Of a DNA stretch of 64,000 bases, positions 36,901-49,373 are shown piece by piece. Source of the DNA: Cenococcum geophilum. Taxonomy: Eukaryota. The DNA lies in assembly GCA_050273025.1 (NCBI GenBank), contig CP158635.1, forward strand, positions 13,392,001 through 13,456,000. Direction: 5' to 3'. How positions within the stretch are numbered: position 1 is the first letter of the stretch; every line of letters begins with the position of its first letter. Under the pieces are notes generated by a model. The model was given only the letters and a program-made list of their open reading frames with translations, was not told the origin of the DNA and ran no database searches. Made by a program: the position numbers and the translations under genes.

Positions 36901-39900
36901 CCTATAAACCCTTAGATAAATTGTATAATCTATTCTAGGAAGCCCTTTACCCTAAGGATATATAGGAGACGCTTATAGGGTATATTATTGTAGTCACTAC
37001 TAATATCTAGGCTAAGCATTAATACTATAAAGTCCTTTCGCATCGCCTATGTAGATTTAATGGTAGTAGCAAGTAGCGTAAGTGCTAATAGTGTTAAGCG
37101 GTTCTTTCTTGCCCCTATTTAGCTTTATGGTAGTAGGGTGTGTTCCTCTGCCGTATTTGCTATATATTCCGCTATTACCCTTTCTAAGATCTTACTAAGG
37201 GTGTTTTCTAAGGCAATAGGGCGGTAGCTTCCTGGGATTAAGTAATCTGCTTTACCTTCTTTTTATAGGATAACCGTTGTTATAGATCTTTTAAGTCATG
37301 GGTAGTAGCCTATAGTAAAGTATACTCTAGCTACATCTATAAGCTAAGGTGCTATAAGTAGCCTACAGGTTTTTAGGGCCTTATTTGGAATCCTATCTAG
37401 TCCTAGTACTGTATTATTTAAAAGGCGGCTAATAGTTCTAGCCATTTCCTCTATTATTATGTCGCTGTTAACCCACAGGTAAGTCACTGGTGTTTTACCT
37501 ATAATATTACTAAGGTCTACTAAAGCCGGTTAGGGGAAGAACCTTTCTATAAGGATCTTTACCTTCTTATTATTATCGTTTATGGCCTATAATTCTCCTA
37601 CTTTTTATAGGGGTGGTAGGTATAAGTCTTCTGCTAAGCGCCCTACCTTTTTCTTTACCTATTTCGCTATATCCTAAAGGCCCTTATTATAGGGGAGGCT
37701 TGGGTTAAAAGTATACTCGTTTATAAACCGTCTCCAGTTATTCCTTACTTCTTTTTTAGGGTATTCTTTAGCTAGTTTCTTATATCTTTATATTATCTCT
37801 TATCTTTAGGGTCGTGGCTACTTATATATTTCCTTCTTACTTATTATTAGCTGGCAACTAGAACTGCGCATTATATAGACCATATATATCGCGTATAGGG
37901 GCCCAGTTTTAAGATTGGGCAGTACTCTTCTAGCTTATTTTTAATTGCTGCCTAGATCCTTTCTAGTCTTTGGTTAATTTCCTTAGGGGTAGTTAATAGG
38001 CCTTACTTGTTTAGTATTAGGTGGATTTCTTCTAGGTCTTAGAGTTATTATTTAACTATATTAAGGAAACTATCTATCTTAAGCTTCCTTATTGCGTATC
38101 TTTTTCTATTTAGTTGCGCTTTAGTATCTAGGTCTAGCTGTATCTAAATAGGGATATAGTCTAGGGTAAGTGCCTATTCTTCTTCGGGGTTGTACCTTTT
38201 AAGTCTTTAGTATAGGCCTTCGTCTATAAATATAAGGTTAATTATACTTCTGGCGGTGCCTTATTACCATATAATTGCTTCTAGGGGGGTGGCTAGCTTA
38301 AGGCCCCAGATATCTATAGCTCTTAGTAGGCACTCTAACTATTAGTCTATAGTAATATAGATACCCCCCTACTACGGGTGGTAGAGGTTTATATCTCCTA
38401 ATAGGATAAACTCTATACCTTCGGTTTCTAGTAAGCTTATTACTAATATAATATTCTCTATTTATAGGACCCCTTTAACCCTAGGGTTATATACATTAAT
38501 AATTTATACCGGTCCCCTATATATTTAGATTATTATAACTATAATATCTAGGTTAACTGCCTGCTATAACTATAAGGACAGGCTAATAGCCTTACTAATT
38601 ATAAAGCATACACGTGTAGCTGCTTTTAGTTTATATAGGAGCTAGAATCCTTAGGGGTAGTATATCGATTATATAAAGGTATTATAATACGGCTCTTATA
38701 TAGCAAGGATATAGTATTTCTCTAGGTCTAGACTGTCTAGTAGGGGCCTTATAAGGCAGTAGTTTGTATTGCCGCAGTTATACTATATAATGGATAGGTG
38801 GCGGACCCCCGGTAAGGGTCCTTTAACTCTCCTTTATTCCTCACTTCTTCTATTTCCACTTTCTCTAAAATATTTAAAGCTTTTGTCTCTTATATCTACA
38901 CCCTAGTTACTACTTATTTTATATAGAGCTTTTTATTCCCGTATCTTATGTTCCTATTAGCGCTTCTATATCTAAATCTGTTATTATTACCAGTTCTTCC
39001 CCTGTTCTTACTAGTCAGCTATATACCCTTTATAGGTCGGCTGCAAATATTATATTTACCGCATTAAGTCTAATTCTTAATTATCCTGGTCTTAAGCCTA
39101 CTATTACTATCCATAGGGGTCTTCCTACGGGGCGTTCTCTCCCTTATATCCCCTGTGACCCTTATATCCCTAATTAGTCTAGTAATATTACGCGGCGTCG
39201 CTTCTAGCCCGTTAAGGCTTAGAATGGCTAGCTTAGCCCTCCAGTATTAAAGGTAGGAAACGCTAGAAAAGCACCTATATTCCCCTAGCTTATCGCCTGT
39301 TATTTTTATTTATATAACCTAGTATACAGTTATTCCCGTAGCTGTTAAGCCCTTGCCTTCCGTCTCCTGTATTTAATACAGTCTTCTCTTTCCCACGCCT
39401 TATATATGCTTTAGTAGCAGTTTACACATTTTATTTGGTCTTAATTTAAGCAATATCTTATATCATAGGGGCCTGTATAGTGGCCGCAGCACACCTATAC
39501 TGCGCATATAGATTAGGTGTGTCCCTATTATATATAGCAATAGCATTATTCTAGGCATAGTCTGTGGTTATAGAGCCTTATATTATATATAAGGCTATTT
39601 ATAATTATTCCTTTTTAGATAAGGAGTTTTTGCATTCCTAGTATATATATGCTAACAATAAGGGAGCCATGCGTTCATCCAGCGTCTCCCTAGCGAGTCT
39701 CCGGCGACCCTTATATCCTCTTATTATTCTTATTATATGCTTAATTTGCATTTTCCTATTAAAGCTATTAAATTCGGGTGATTTCGAGTCCTGGTATAAG
39801 GCGTTCCATTTATTTTACTATCTTCTATATAATTGCTGTGTTATCCGCCTAGCGTCCCTTTTTTACCCTAAGGCTTATAGGAACCGCTAAAACTTTAACT

Positions 39901-41250
39901 AGGTAATCCTTATAAAGTACTTTTATGCCAATACGTTCTCCTAGCCTATCCCCTACCCTTACGGCTCGTTCCTTTACCTATTAGTCCTTTAGGGTGACTC
40001 TAATATCTCCACTCTTAAGGTATTAGACTATAACAGCGTTATAGACCTCTTTGCGTATCTCTATAAGGACTTCTATTTCTAATTATCCCCTAAGCCCCTC
40101 TACTTATTCTGTATTTAGTCATATTATAATTATATACCCAGTTATTAACTTAAGGGGGGTAGGTTCCCTGTGCTATAAAAGCGCAGCTACGGCAGCCTAG
40201 GTGCGGTTTACCGGTAAGGGGGGGTTATACTTATTTTTAATTTTGCTTAGCCGTTAGAGGATTTAATTAAGGGTTTACTAGAGGGGCGCCTAAGGTTCGC
40301 TAGACTGGCGGAGCCATTCTACTAGCTATATTAGTTCGTTATAGCTAACGGTTACTCCCCCGCAATTCTAGATACTAGACGCGTCCAATAGGCTTTATAT
40401 TTTATTAGATGCCTTCTTAATAGAGGTATTTCCGCTTTATAGTGTGGTATTCGCCCGTCTTTATTATGGAGGGCTATTGCTAGGCGTAGTTCTAGCGGTC
40501 GCGCGCGAGTGCGAGCCACTGTCGTTTAACATGTGCCTCCCCTGCGATGCATGTATCTTAGGGGGATTCTCTAGGTGTTTTTCAGGCTTCTTTTGGTTGG
40601 TTTTGGTCTTTTTAGGCCAGGTGCAGCAAGAGCTCCAGTTCGTTCTCGTAGAAAATATAATAGTAATACTCTTAAAAACAGGAATAATAGGACTAAAAGA
40701 TTAGCTTTACTGGGTGGGTGTCCTAGTAGGTAGCCTAAGATGCGAATATGGCTAGCCAAAATAGACACTAAAACACGTAATACTGCTATGCCCCCTACGC
40801 ACCAATTAAGAAATAATGCTCTTAGCAGCTAGCACAGAGAACTATAATACACTACTCTTAATATAAAAAGGCCTTAAGGCGGTTACCTAGTGGCTTATTA
40901 GTTAAAATGTGCTAAATTAGTTCCGGGTTATAAGGGAAATAGTAATAAAAGGCAAGGGGGCGAGCAGTAGGTGCCCCTTAGTAACTCTACAGTAGTAGAG
41001 TAATAGTTTGTAATACTAGCGCGTCTATAGGCTTATTACGGCAGCAGTGGTTCCTAAGGAGGTTAAATAGTAAGGTAGTAGAGCACTATAGGCAACTTAT
41101 AGGCGCTAAGTAGGCGAGTTCTAAAAGGCGGGGAGATGGATTACGGGGTTTTCTTATTTTTCTTAAATAGAGTTTTCTCCCTATATGTAAATAAGGAGTA
41201 GTCCGCGTGGGCCCAATAGGGATCTAAATCGGACGTTAAGTAATGAATTA
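33932..41250 (+). mobile_element. 5'-truncated Tad-like LINE family b (about 1.8 kb: 33932-35101 + 40648-41250), interrupted by its own family
   Basis: TSD TTATTATAAAGACCT at 33917-33931 and 41251-41265. RT IGFVNDTN at about 34045. The 3' end is GGACGTTAAGTAATGAATTA. Confidence 0.9.
35102..40647 (-). mobile_element. Full-length Tad-like LINE family b (about 5.5 kb), inserted antisense into the truncated copy
   Basis: TSD GTAGAAAATATAATA at 35087-35101 and 40648-40662. 35104-35704 is the reverse complement of 40648-41250, and 35690-36860 of 33932-35101. APE starts YNCGNTNY at about 38780. Confidence 0.92.
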
Positions 41251-43382
41251 TTATTATAAAGACCTTATTATCCTTCCGGTATATATTAAAGTAAAACGCT
41301 ATAACGCTAATTACGGTAATATCTATAGTAGGGGGGTTGCCTAATAATAGGGGCGTATATAACTTTAGGGACTTTTAGGGTACTAGCGTTATTATTACTT
41401 CTTTTAGCTCCTATTATATCTTTTAGAGGTTATCCCTTATATCCTATTAATACGTTCTTTTCTATACCGGTTTAATCTATACGATTTAGATGTCGTCTAT
41501 ATTACTATTTATCCTACTTCTATATATAGAGTCTTTTTTAAATATAGCACTTTAGGAGAGTATCTTTATTAGTATAGAGTTCTTTTTAGCTTTGCGGCGG
41601 GCGTCTTTTTAGGTAAAGGCTAGGTTACGGGCCTAGGCATCCTACTAGTAAGTAGGGTTAGCCCTTACGGCTAGTATCTTATAGTTAGTTTAGATCTTTT
41701 TAATAAAGAAGGGTAATCTTAGTCTATCCTCCGGCTAAATAAACCGTCTTTATTATATGTTTAACTAAATATTAAAATAGGATATCCATTTTCGTTTAAG
41801 GATTATATTATAGGACTTTAGGTTTAGGATATAAAAGGGAATACCGTATTAGCGTTGTCCGTTAAGAGTAATATATAACTTTAAGACGTGGGTAATAGGC
41901 TAACTGGCTTAGCCGTTATAGCCTTTTACCTAGATAGGCTTCTCTAGTTGGATAGCTTCTGCATTTAAAAACTTGGTAATATTATTTATATAAGTAATAT
42001 TTATAAAGGCGAAGCTATTAATTTTAGTGTTAATAAGGGCGGTTATATTAACTCTATATCTATTTTAAGATACTATATATAAAACCGTAAAATGCTTTCC
42101 ACCTATTAACTAACTAAGATTAATCTCTTTAAGATTAATAGGGTACCCTAGGGGGGAGTCTTTCCCTAAGGTTCTTTTTTTCCTAACTTATTAGACCTTT
42201 TTTCTTCCTTTATTTCCTTAATATCGCCTATATCCTTTAGCTCCGGGCAGGATAAGATAAAGTAACCCTACTTATTGTAGTTGTAGTACGTAGCTAAGGT
42301 AGGGTTAATTAGAGTATTATGGTAAATACTAGTTAATAGCGTAGTACGTAACTAGTTAGGCGAGGCTTGCTAGTATATAGTTATAACCGCCTTTAGTATA
42401 AGAGTAATTATAACTTATCTTCCTGCTCTAGCTCCTATATATATAGCTAGCGAGTTTTAATTATTACGGAGTCGCTTCTACTAATTAGGGCAGGCGTTAA
42501 TCTGCTTTAATTCTAAGTTTAATAATAGGTAATAAGCTGCGAGTTTTTCGTGGGTTAGTAAGTTATTTAAGGTTATAGTAATCTTTTCTTATAGCTAGAT
42601 TGTTAGCTTATTATATAGGTCTAATTAGTAGTTCTTAAGGGGAACCTAGCCTTCTCCTATAAGGTATAGGAATTAAGTTTAAAATTTGGTAAAGGGTTAG
42701 TTTAGTTTTATTATTAGGCGATTATAGTTATAACGGGCATCCTATACTTTATTTGGGTTAATATAGATAGCCACTAGGTGCCGTATTATCTTGTTAATAG
42801 ATATAAATTAGATAGGGGAGTCGTCCTTAAACTTAGCTTAAAGGTGCCGTTAGGCGTCCCCAGTAGTTCGACTAAAGAGGTAGAGCATTTTAGCTTCTTT
42901 AGAAAGGAAATAGTTGTAGTTAATATAGAGCTTTCCTTATACTTAAATGCTCTAATTCTTAAAGGTAGGGTCTATCTTATTAGATAGTAGTAGGGGGTTA
43001 AGGAGCCTAATAGACTTTAATTACTTTATTATTGTATCCGTACTCCCTAGTATATCGTATTTAGTAAAGTAAATAGGTTAGCTAGGGCTTTAAAAAGGAG
43101 AAGCTGGGCTATTTTATAGGGCCGTAAGGCTTTCTAGAATCTCTTATAGGGTCTCTTATATATTTCTTACTTTAAGATAATTAGCTTTCTAGCTAGCTAT
43201 AAGGGCGTAAATCTACTCGCGTATATCTACGATATTATTATTGTCTTTAATTTCTAATCCTAATTAGATCTTAGGTTCCTCTTATGTAAAGGTAGCTCTC
43301 TTAGATAAACTTACTTTAGGTACTATCGTTAGCTTTTTAAGGTTTATTAGTATTATATACTTTAGTTTTAATTCCGGGGGTA

Positions 43383-43544
43383 TCCCTTAACCCGTCAAAA
43401 TTGGTCCTTACGGTATCGATAAGAGCCCACCAATCAAACCGGTCGAATCAAGCCGCCGTTCTCAGAAATACGAAGCCTTTGACTTCGTTGAGAACAATGT
43501 TCCGCACAGACCACTTACACTAAGGACCTTGACGGGTTAAGGGA
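43383..43544. mobile_element. 162-bp MITE with bulged TIRs and TA TSD, little RIP; same family as 17341-17490
   Basis: TA|TCCCTTAACCCGTCAA-AATT-GGTCCTTA ... TAAGGACC-TTGACGGGTTAAGGGA|TA. Confidence 0.88.
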
Positions 43545-44550
43545 TAGGTCTAGTTTTATTTAGCTTATAAGGTAGGATATTATCTAGGCCTTCCCAGGTA
43601 ATATAAAGTTATTTTAGTGTCTAAGTATAGCGCGTTAATGTGTTGTTGCAGACGAAGTTTCTTTGGGGTAGGATATTATTAAGGCCTTCCTAGGCAAAAT
43701 AGGGTAAGCTTAATATAATGTTACGGCTTATATAAATACCTCTAAACCAAAGCTTGTAGAATACTATATTATAAAGATACTAAGCTAAAGAGAAGGAAAA
43801 GGGGTTGCTAGGACCGATGTAAATAAATATATAAGGTAAGCCGCTAAGGCGCTAGCTTTGGGCGGGCCAATTACAGGTTAGTAGAATATAGTAGAATTTG
43901 GCAGGTAACGTGCGATAGCGCCGTTATAAATTAGGAGTAACTTTCCGCGTACCTATACTAGTATTAACTAACTTAATAGCTACTATTAGCTGTAAAAGGT
44001 CGCGAAGTTAAATAGTGTTATACTTACCTATAGCAGCGCGTATGCTATATAGCCGAATTATATTATTAAAGCCCGCAACCTTATTAGTAGATAGGCCCTA
44101 CTTATACCTAGTTAAAAGAAGCTTTTAGGTTAAATTACTTACAGAATTACTACGTAGCTTTATAAGGGCGGTCCTAAATATAAAGCTTTTAATATTATTA
44201 CTGCTCTATCGCATAACTTAATCTAGGACAGCTATTTAGTTAATTGCCTTATAGGCTCCCTTTCTATAGCTAGTAAGCTTTAACGGCCTAGCGGGTAGAT
44301 TACTATATAAGGCCGCCTGACCTATAGGGGGAAGCTAATAAAAATCGCCTACTAGTAAGATATTTAAGCCTCTAAAGTAGTAGTTGTTATATATAGGGTA
44401 GATCTAACAGAGGCGGTAATTAATCTAGGCTAGATATACTTACCTAATTATAGATTTCTTATTAAGGATAAGATAGTAAATATCCTTAAAAGCTTGTTAT
44501 AGAGGCGTAAGGCTAGTAGTAGGCAATTTCTTAAACGGATGGTTTACTGG

Positions 44551-44794
44551 TGTCACGGGACTCACACGTTCTTACGTCTCAACGCGTTTTGACGTTCTTA
44601 ACCCGTGCTTACGTTCGTCCCAAGACACCTACGTACGTTCCCCTATAACCCCTATTTATACCCGTACCTAACCTATTCTATTTCTGCATTAAAATATCTT
44701 TATATTAACTACGCATAGTTACGCGTACGTAGCCTTCTTTAATTACTACCCCGTTTAGTACATTGTATTCCAGCTCATGCCTACTTCTATAACA
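44551..44794. mobile_element. Solo LTR (244 bp) inserted in the PIF1 helicase region
   Basis: TGTCACGG...CTATAACA termini with TSD ACTGG (44546-44550) / ACTAG (44795-44799, one RIP change). The helicase frame resumes on both sides. Confidence 0.88.
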
Positions 44795-47700
44795 ACTAGA
44801 AACCTTAATAGATCGTATATAGTTCTGCCGTTAATACTAAAGGCAGCTACCCTAGTAGGGACAGCTTAAGCTAATGGCGACGGCTTACTATTAGCCCTTG
44901 CTATATTATAGAGCGTAGTAGAGAGGATAGTAATAAAATATAATTTGCCGGTTTCTGCCTCTCTATTAATATTAATCCGCAGTAGGGGGGGGGGCCAAGG
45001 CCCACTTAAATCTGCCTATAGTAATTAACTATAATATTATAGATATAACGCTAACCTAGTTATAAGGAGGACGGAGTTACTATTTAGGATAGGCGGCTCT
45101 ACGGTAGAGGCTGTAGCCGTACTTTCTACTAATAAGTCCTCTTATTAAGCTCTGGGTACGTACCCTAATATATACTTTAGTTATAATTATAATCAAGCTC
45201 CCTATTACTAAGCCTATTAGAATCCTTAAGTTTAACTCTATTAGTATTTTAAACGCGGGTATATAGGGCCTTAAAGGACTAATATAGCTCTAAGTTGTCT
45301 GTAAAATCGCCCTTAAACTTATTAATATTATTAGTAGTTTTACGACCTTCCTCTAGTTTTTAATTATAAAAGTAGTTAAATGGGTACTAATAAGAGTTAA
45401 TATAAGCCTAATAGGAAGCTATATAATTAGGGGCCCTAAATTTATTAGTATAAATAGCTACTTTCTTATACTCCCTTTACGGGTAATAAAGAATAAGCTT
45501 TATGGAGTAAAACTTAGGATACTACGGATAGGAATAATTACCGTTATATTACGGAAAGTATAATATAACTTAAGGCCTTACTCTTAGCCAACGCTTATAA
45601 GTAGAGTAATTAAAATAGAGTAGAAAATTAAGGAAAGTAACGTCCTCTACCCTATCTAGGCGGCGCTTATATTTCTTATAGTTAGACAATCTATACCCTC
45701 TTAGTTACCTATTATTAAGCTTATATATAGCGCTTTAATCATCCTCCTAGTAGTAGTTTAAAGTTACTATATTCCTAAAGCCTTCGTAAAAAGGAATATT
45801 AAGAAGTAAATAGTATACCTCCTACGCTAACTAATCGCGTTTAGTAATAAGCTTGTTTATAAACCTAACCACGACCGAACTAAAGGCATAAAGGCTATTA
45901 GCGTATGGCTATACTAATTAGAGTAACTCCTAGTAGGAAGTTAACTTCTTCTCTTCCTTACTGCAATATTTGCCTATATAGTTAACTATTACTAATATAC
46001 TTATAGTAGGTGACGTATTAATATTCGCCATCTACGCTAATATTATAGCTATATTATAACTATTAAGAAGCTTATTATTACGCTATAGACAGAACGTTTA
46101 GTAATATAGATTTTAATCCTTTAATATAGCAGCCTTATTATAGAGAGACCGTAGAAAATAGAAGCGGCACTTTTTTGCTCCAGTGGAGCCTTTCTTTAAT
46201 TTTAAGCAGTAAGATTTGGTGTAATTACGGTGCCGTTAAAATCGATTAATGTAGGTAGTAAGAAGCTTACTAGTATTAAGCTGTTCTTTATAGCTTAGAG
46301 TAGAAGGATATTAGAGATTAGGAGGCTTAGATTAATTAGGATTAATTACAGATATAAAAATAGCCCAGTACTTAGTAAAAGCCGCCCTTAATTTAATAGC
46401 TAACGGATCTAGCCTTAGGGCTATTAAACTCTATAAGAAGCTATGTATATAGCCGCTACCTTATACCTACCACTTATATTAAGACCAAAAGTTAGTACTA
46501 TTAAATAGGCCTATAAGCACGTGCTTCCTAAATAGATTAAAGTGGTAATATAGCTAGTAAGTAGTAATATACGGATTATTATTAAGATTTTAAAAAGCAA
46601 TTCGGTAGTGCTAAGCCTTATTAATAGCCTTATATTTATTAAATAGAGGTATATAAAAGTATAGATTATACTAATATAGATTAGCAGCGCTAAGTGTAAA
46701 GAATAGAGACCCGCTCTTAATATTCTTAGCATAAGCCGTAAGCTTATTTCTTTTCTACCTCTAGTAAGGTCTAGTGCCCTTAAGGTTCTATATATACTAT
46801 ATAATCTTATTTAGTAACTAGCCACCCCTATTGCTATTTATAATATTACTAAGCTTATTTAAAGATAGACTATTCTTATTTAATCGGCTATAAAGAAAAC
46901 GGGTGGTATTAAGGGCTTACTTTCTTATAATCTAATTAAATACATAGTAGCGAAATAAGGGGTGGCGGCCAAACTAACTATCCTGATACTTAAGTATATG
47001 CTTAGCGTACGTAGCTAGGGTAACTGTACGGCTTCGTAGCATGTTAAAATCGGCTTTACCATAAGGAAATAAAGTAGGAAAGGTGCCGCGCATAATAAAA
47101 CTAGCTAATCGCTTAGAGAGGGGTATTTATTGCATAGTAGGAACCTCTAGGCCCGCTTATAAGTCTTATTAGTATTAAACCTTATAACCTAAAAGCTCTA
47201 ATTTACTAAGGTTAGGCACTAAATTAGGAACTAAAGTATCTAATATATTGTTATTAAATTCGCCGTTTAATATATTACTGCCAAGCTCGGTAGGTAGAGG
47301 ATTAATAGCAGAAGGATGTTATATAGGAGCAGTAAGGTAAGCCGTTGGGCTACTAGAATTAGACTTTAACTTATTAATATAAGGTAGCTAATCTAATATA
47401 GAGCCATTTTTGGGTAAGCTAGTAAGCCAGGTGCTATATATTTTAATATCGCAATAATTAGGATAATTAACCTTTAGAAAGTAAAGCTACTATACTATAG
47501 CAGAGCGCCTTATAGTATACCGCTTAGTAAACCGCCGACCTAGGTATTTGCTACCCTCTACTGCCGTAGGCCTTACGACTAGTATATCGAGTTTAGTAGG
47601 TAGCCGTAGTAGCTGCCTTTAAGTCTTTAGTATATCCTGGCCAAAGTAGCAGATATAGCTAGTATAGCGATATTACTAGCCGCGTACACGCACGACTTGT

Positions 47701-49373
47701 AGATAAACGTATACGCGCGCAATTAGAAGCTCCTCTACCGTGGTAAGTATAGGTAGGAAGCTAGGAATAGGCCCCAGATCGAGCCCATTACTATTACTAA
47801 ATAGGGAAGGAAGGGTTAGATCCTTAAGGCTATCGGCGTCCTTAATATAGGCTTTACATATACCTATATTGTCCCTCTTTATAGCTAAGCCCATTTAGAA
47901 CCACTACTCCTTACAATAACTACACATCTCTATACGTTTAGCCTGTAATATACTCCTAAACTTCTTAATTCGCTCCTAATCGACAGCTAAAATAGGTAGT
48001 AGTGTAGCCGTAGCCGAAGCTTGCTGTAAGGGAGCTTGCTATAAAGGAGCTTACTATAAGGGAGCTTGCCGCAAGGGAGCTTGCCGCAAGAAAGGTGGTA
48101 TTAGTGGTAGAGTAGGTATTAGTGGTAGAGTAGGTATTAGCGGTAGAGTAGGCATAGGAGCTAGTTCCGGCAAGAACGTATTTAGGCTATCTAGAGTGCC
48201 TCTTCTACTATATAGAGCTTTATCTACAGTATATAGCGGAGGAGTAGGCGGGTAGGCTTTACCCCGTTAATTAAGAATACGGTACTACCGTTATATTACC
48301 TAATTATCTTCCACCGTTGAGCTATTTTAGGGGTATCTTGGCTATTCTAGCCGCAAGATAGGAAGGCGTTCTTAGTATCGTTTTTAGGTGGAGTAGTTCA
48401 CTAGCGCCTTATAGGACGATTCTTAGTAGTAGAACCTAACTCTATAAGAGCTCTCCGCTTATTTAAATTATATTTAGAGACCTAGAAAAGTAAGCAAAAG
48501 TAGAAGTAATATATAGGGAAGACGTACCTTTAACTAATATAACTAGCATAGCTTTAAAAGCTTCTTTAAAGGACCGTCTTTAATAAAGCTAAGGCGGGGC
48601 TTATAAATATAGCACTTGCTGCACTCAATTATAGTAGGATCTGCCATATTTAGAATGTATATAGTAGTATTAATTAAGGTGTCAACAAAGGAAGGTGCAA
48701 TACTAAGATATTTTGATGTTCATAATATTTTGATGTTCGTCACGTGGATTCTGCCACAAATTACCGCGCGCAGTTTTGTTTCTAACCAATTAGAAGCCAG
48801 CTTTCTAACCAATCAGAAGCTAGCTTAGCGGGGTTTAAAATCCGGGACCCGAAAATATAGACCACTCGGACCTCGGGTCAATAAAGTTCTTTAAATAAGG
48901 ATCAACTGTCCTGTAATAAACCTCAGGCGAAATTCAAACAACCGTTGCTATTCCTCTTTGATTTAAAGCCTCGAGGGTTCTAGGTAACTTTCTCCCAAAT
49001 ACTACAGCATGATAAGGCAGTTTTATGTGACTTAAGTCTGCGTACACCTATATATTAACCTCAATACGTAGAAAAGTCCTTCAGGCGTTGATTGTGGGCA
49101 TTAATTGGGTGGCAACGACCATTCAAAGCAAGCCTTAGCCCCTAGGAGCTAGTACCTATTAGCGTTCTAAAACGCTTTCATTATTGCCAAAGCCATCGGA
49201 AGAATTGTTCGGAAGGGCAGAGCCTATCCAAACGCTTGAGATTCCTAAGGTCAGCTTTATGGATGTGGCCACCAAGAAAGCACTGATTATATCCATCAAT
49301 TTGTTGCTAACACGAAAAGCGCAAAGAAACACAGGAGAAAGAGTCACCACATCTACGCAACCTGCACAAAGAC

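Larger units (their letters stand above)
25022..43928 (-). mobile_element. Ty3/Gypsy chromovirus A, full length (about 6.2 kb without nested inserts), RIP-inactivated
   Basis: 210-bp LTRs at 25022-25231 and 43719-43928 (TGTTACGG...CCGTTATA). 5-bp TSD AATTA at 25017-25021 and 43929-43933. The PPT complement TTACCCCCCTCTTT follows 25231. RT YLDN (=YLDD) at about 28010, integrase GPY at about 25955, chromodomain remnant at about 25620-25800. Confidence 0.95.
24500..48420 (-). pseudogene. RepHel (DUF6570-like + HUH Rep + PIF1 helicase) pseudogene, split by a Gypsy and a solo LTR; ends approximate
   Basis: RIP-degraded motifs in order: LTTVEELLIARVYV (~47720), FFTLSAAN (~46700, Rep motif 1), Y.W.V.GSGYIHSFL (~46450, HUH), NYIGKYCSK (~45970, YxxKY), NREAETGK (~44950, Walker A), VPTRVAAFSINGRTIY (~44840), LILNKKSII (~44460, DEKSM) and LYIGAKVILI*NI*VKLGLVNG (~24950). 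The frame is continuous across the Gypsy insertion (RKVTPN|*CDTIENL). Confidence 0.9.
18750..48881 (-). mobile_element. Non-canonical Helitron (HLE2/FoHeli/Helentron type), full length, RIP-inactivated; about 8 kb after removing nested inserts
   Basis: The 5' end is TTGACCCGAG (48881-48872) with a hairpin partner at about 48846-48852. The 3' end has the inverted copy TTAACCCGAG at 18786-18795, then the hairpin ACGTTGG-TCC-CCAACGT (18763-18780), then terminal ATATTTT (18757-18751). An internal RepHel pseudogene is present. Confidence 0.85.

Noticed and set aside
48010..48155. 15- and 18-bp tandem repeats
   Set aside because: In-frame low-complexity coding repeats (APLRQ, PTLPLI) in the RepHel N-terminus, not an independent feature.
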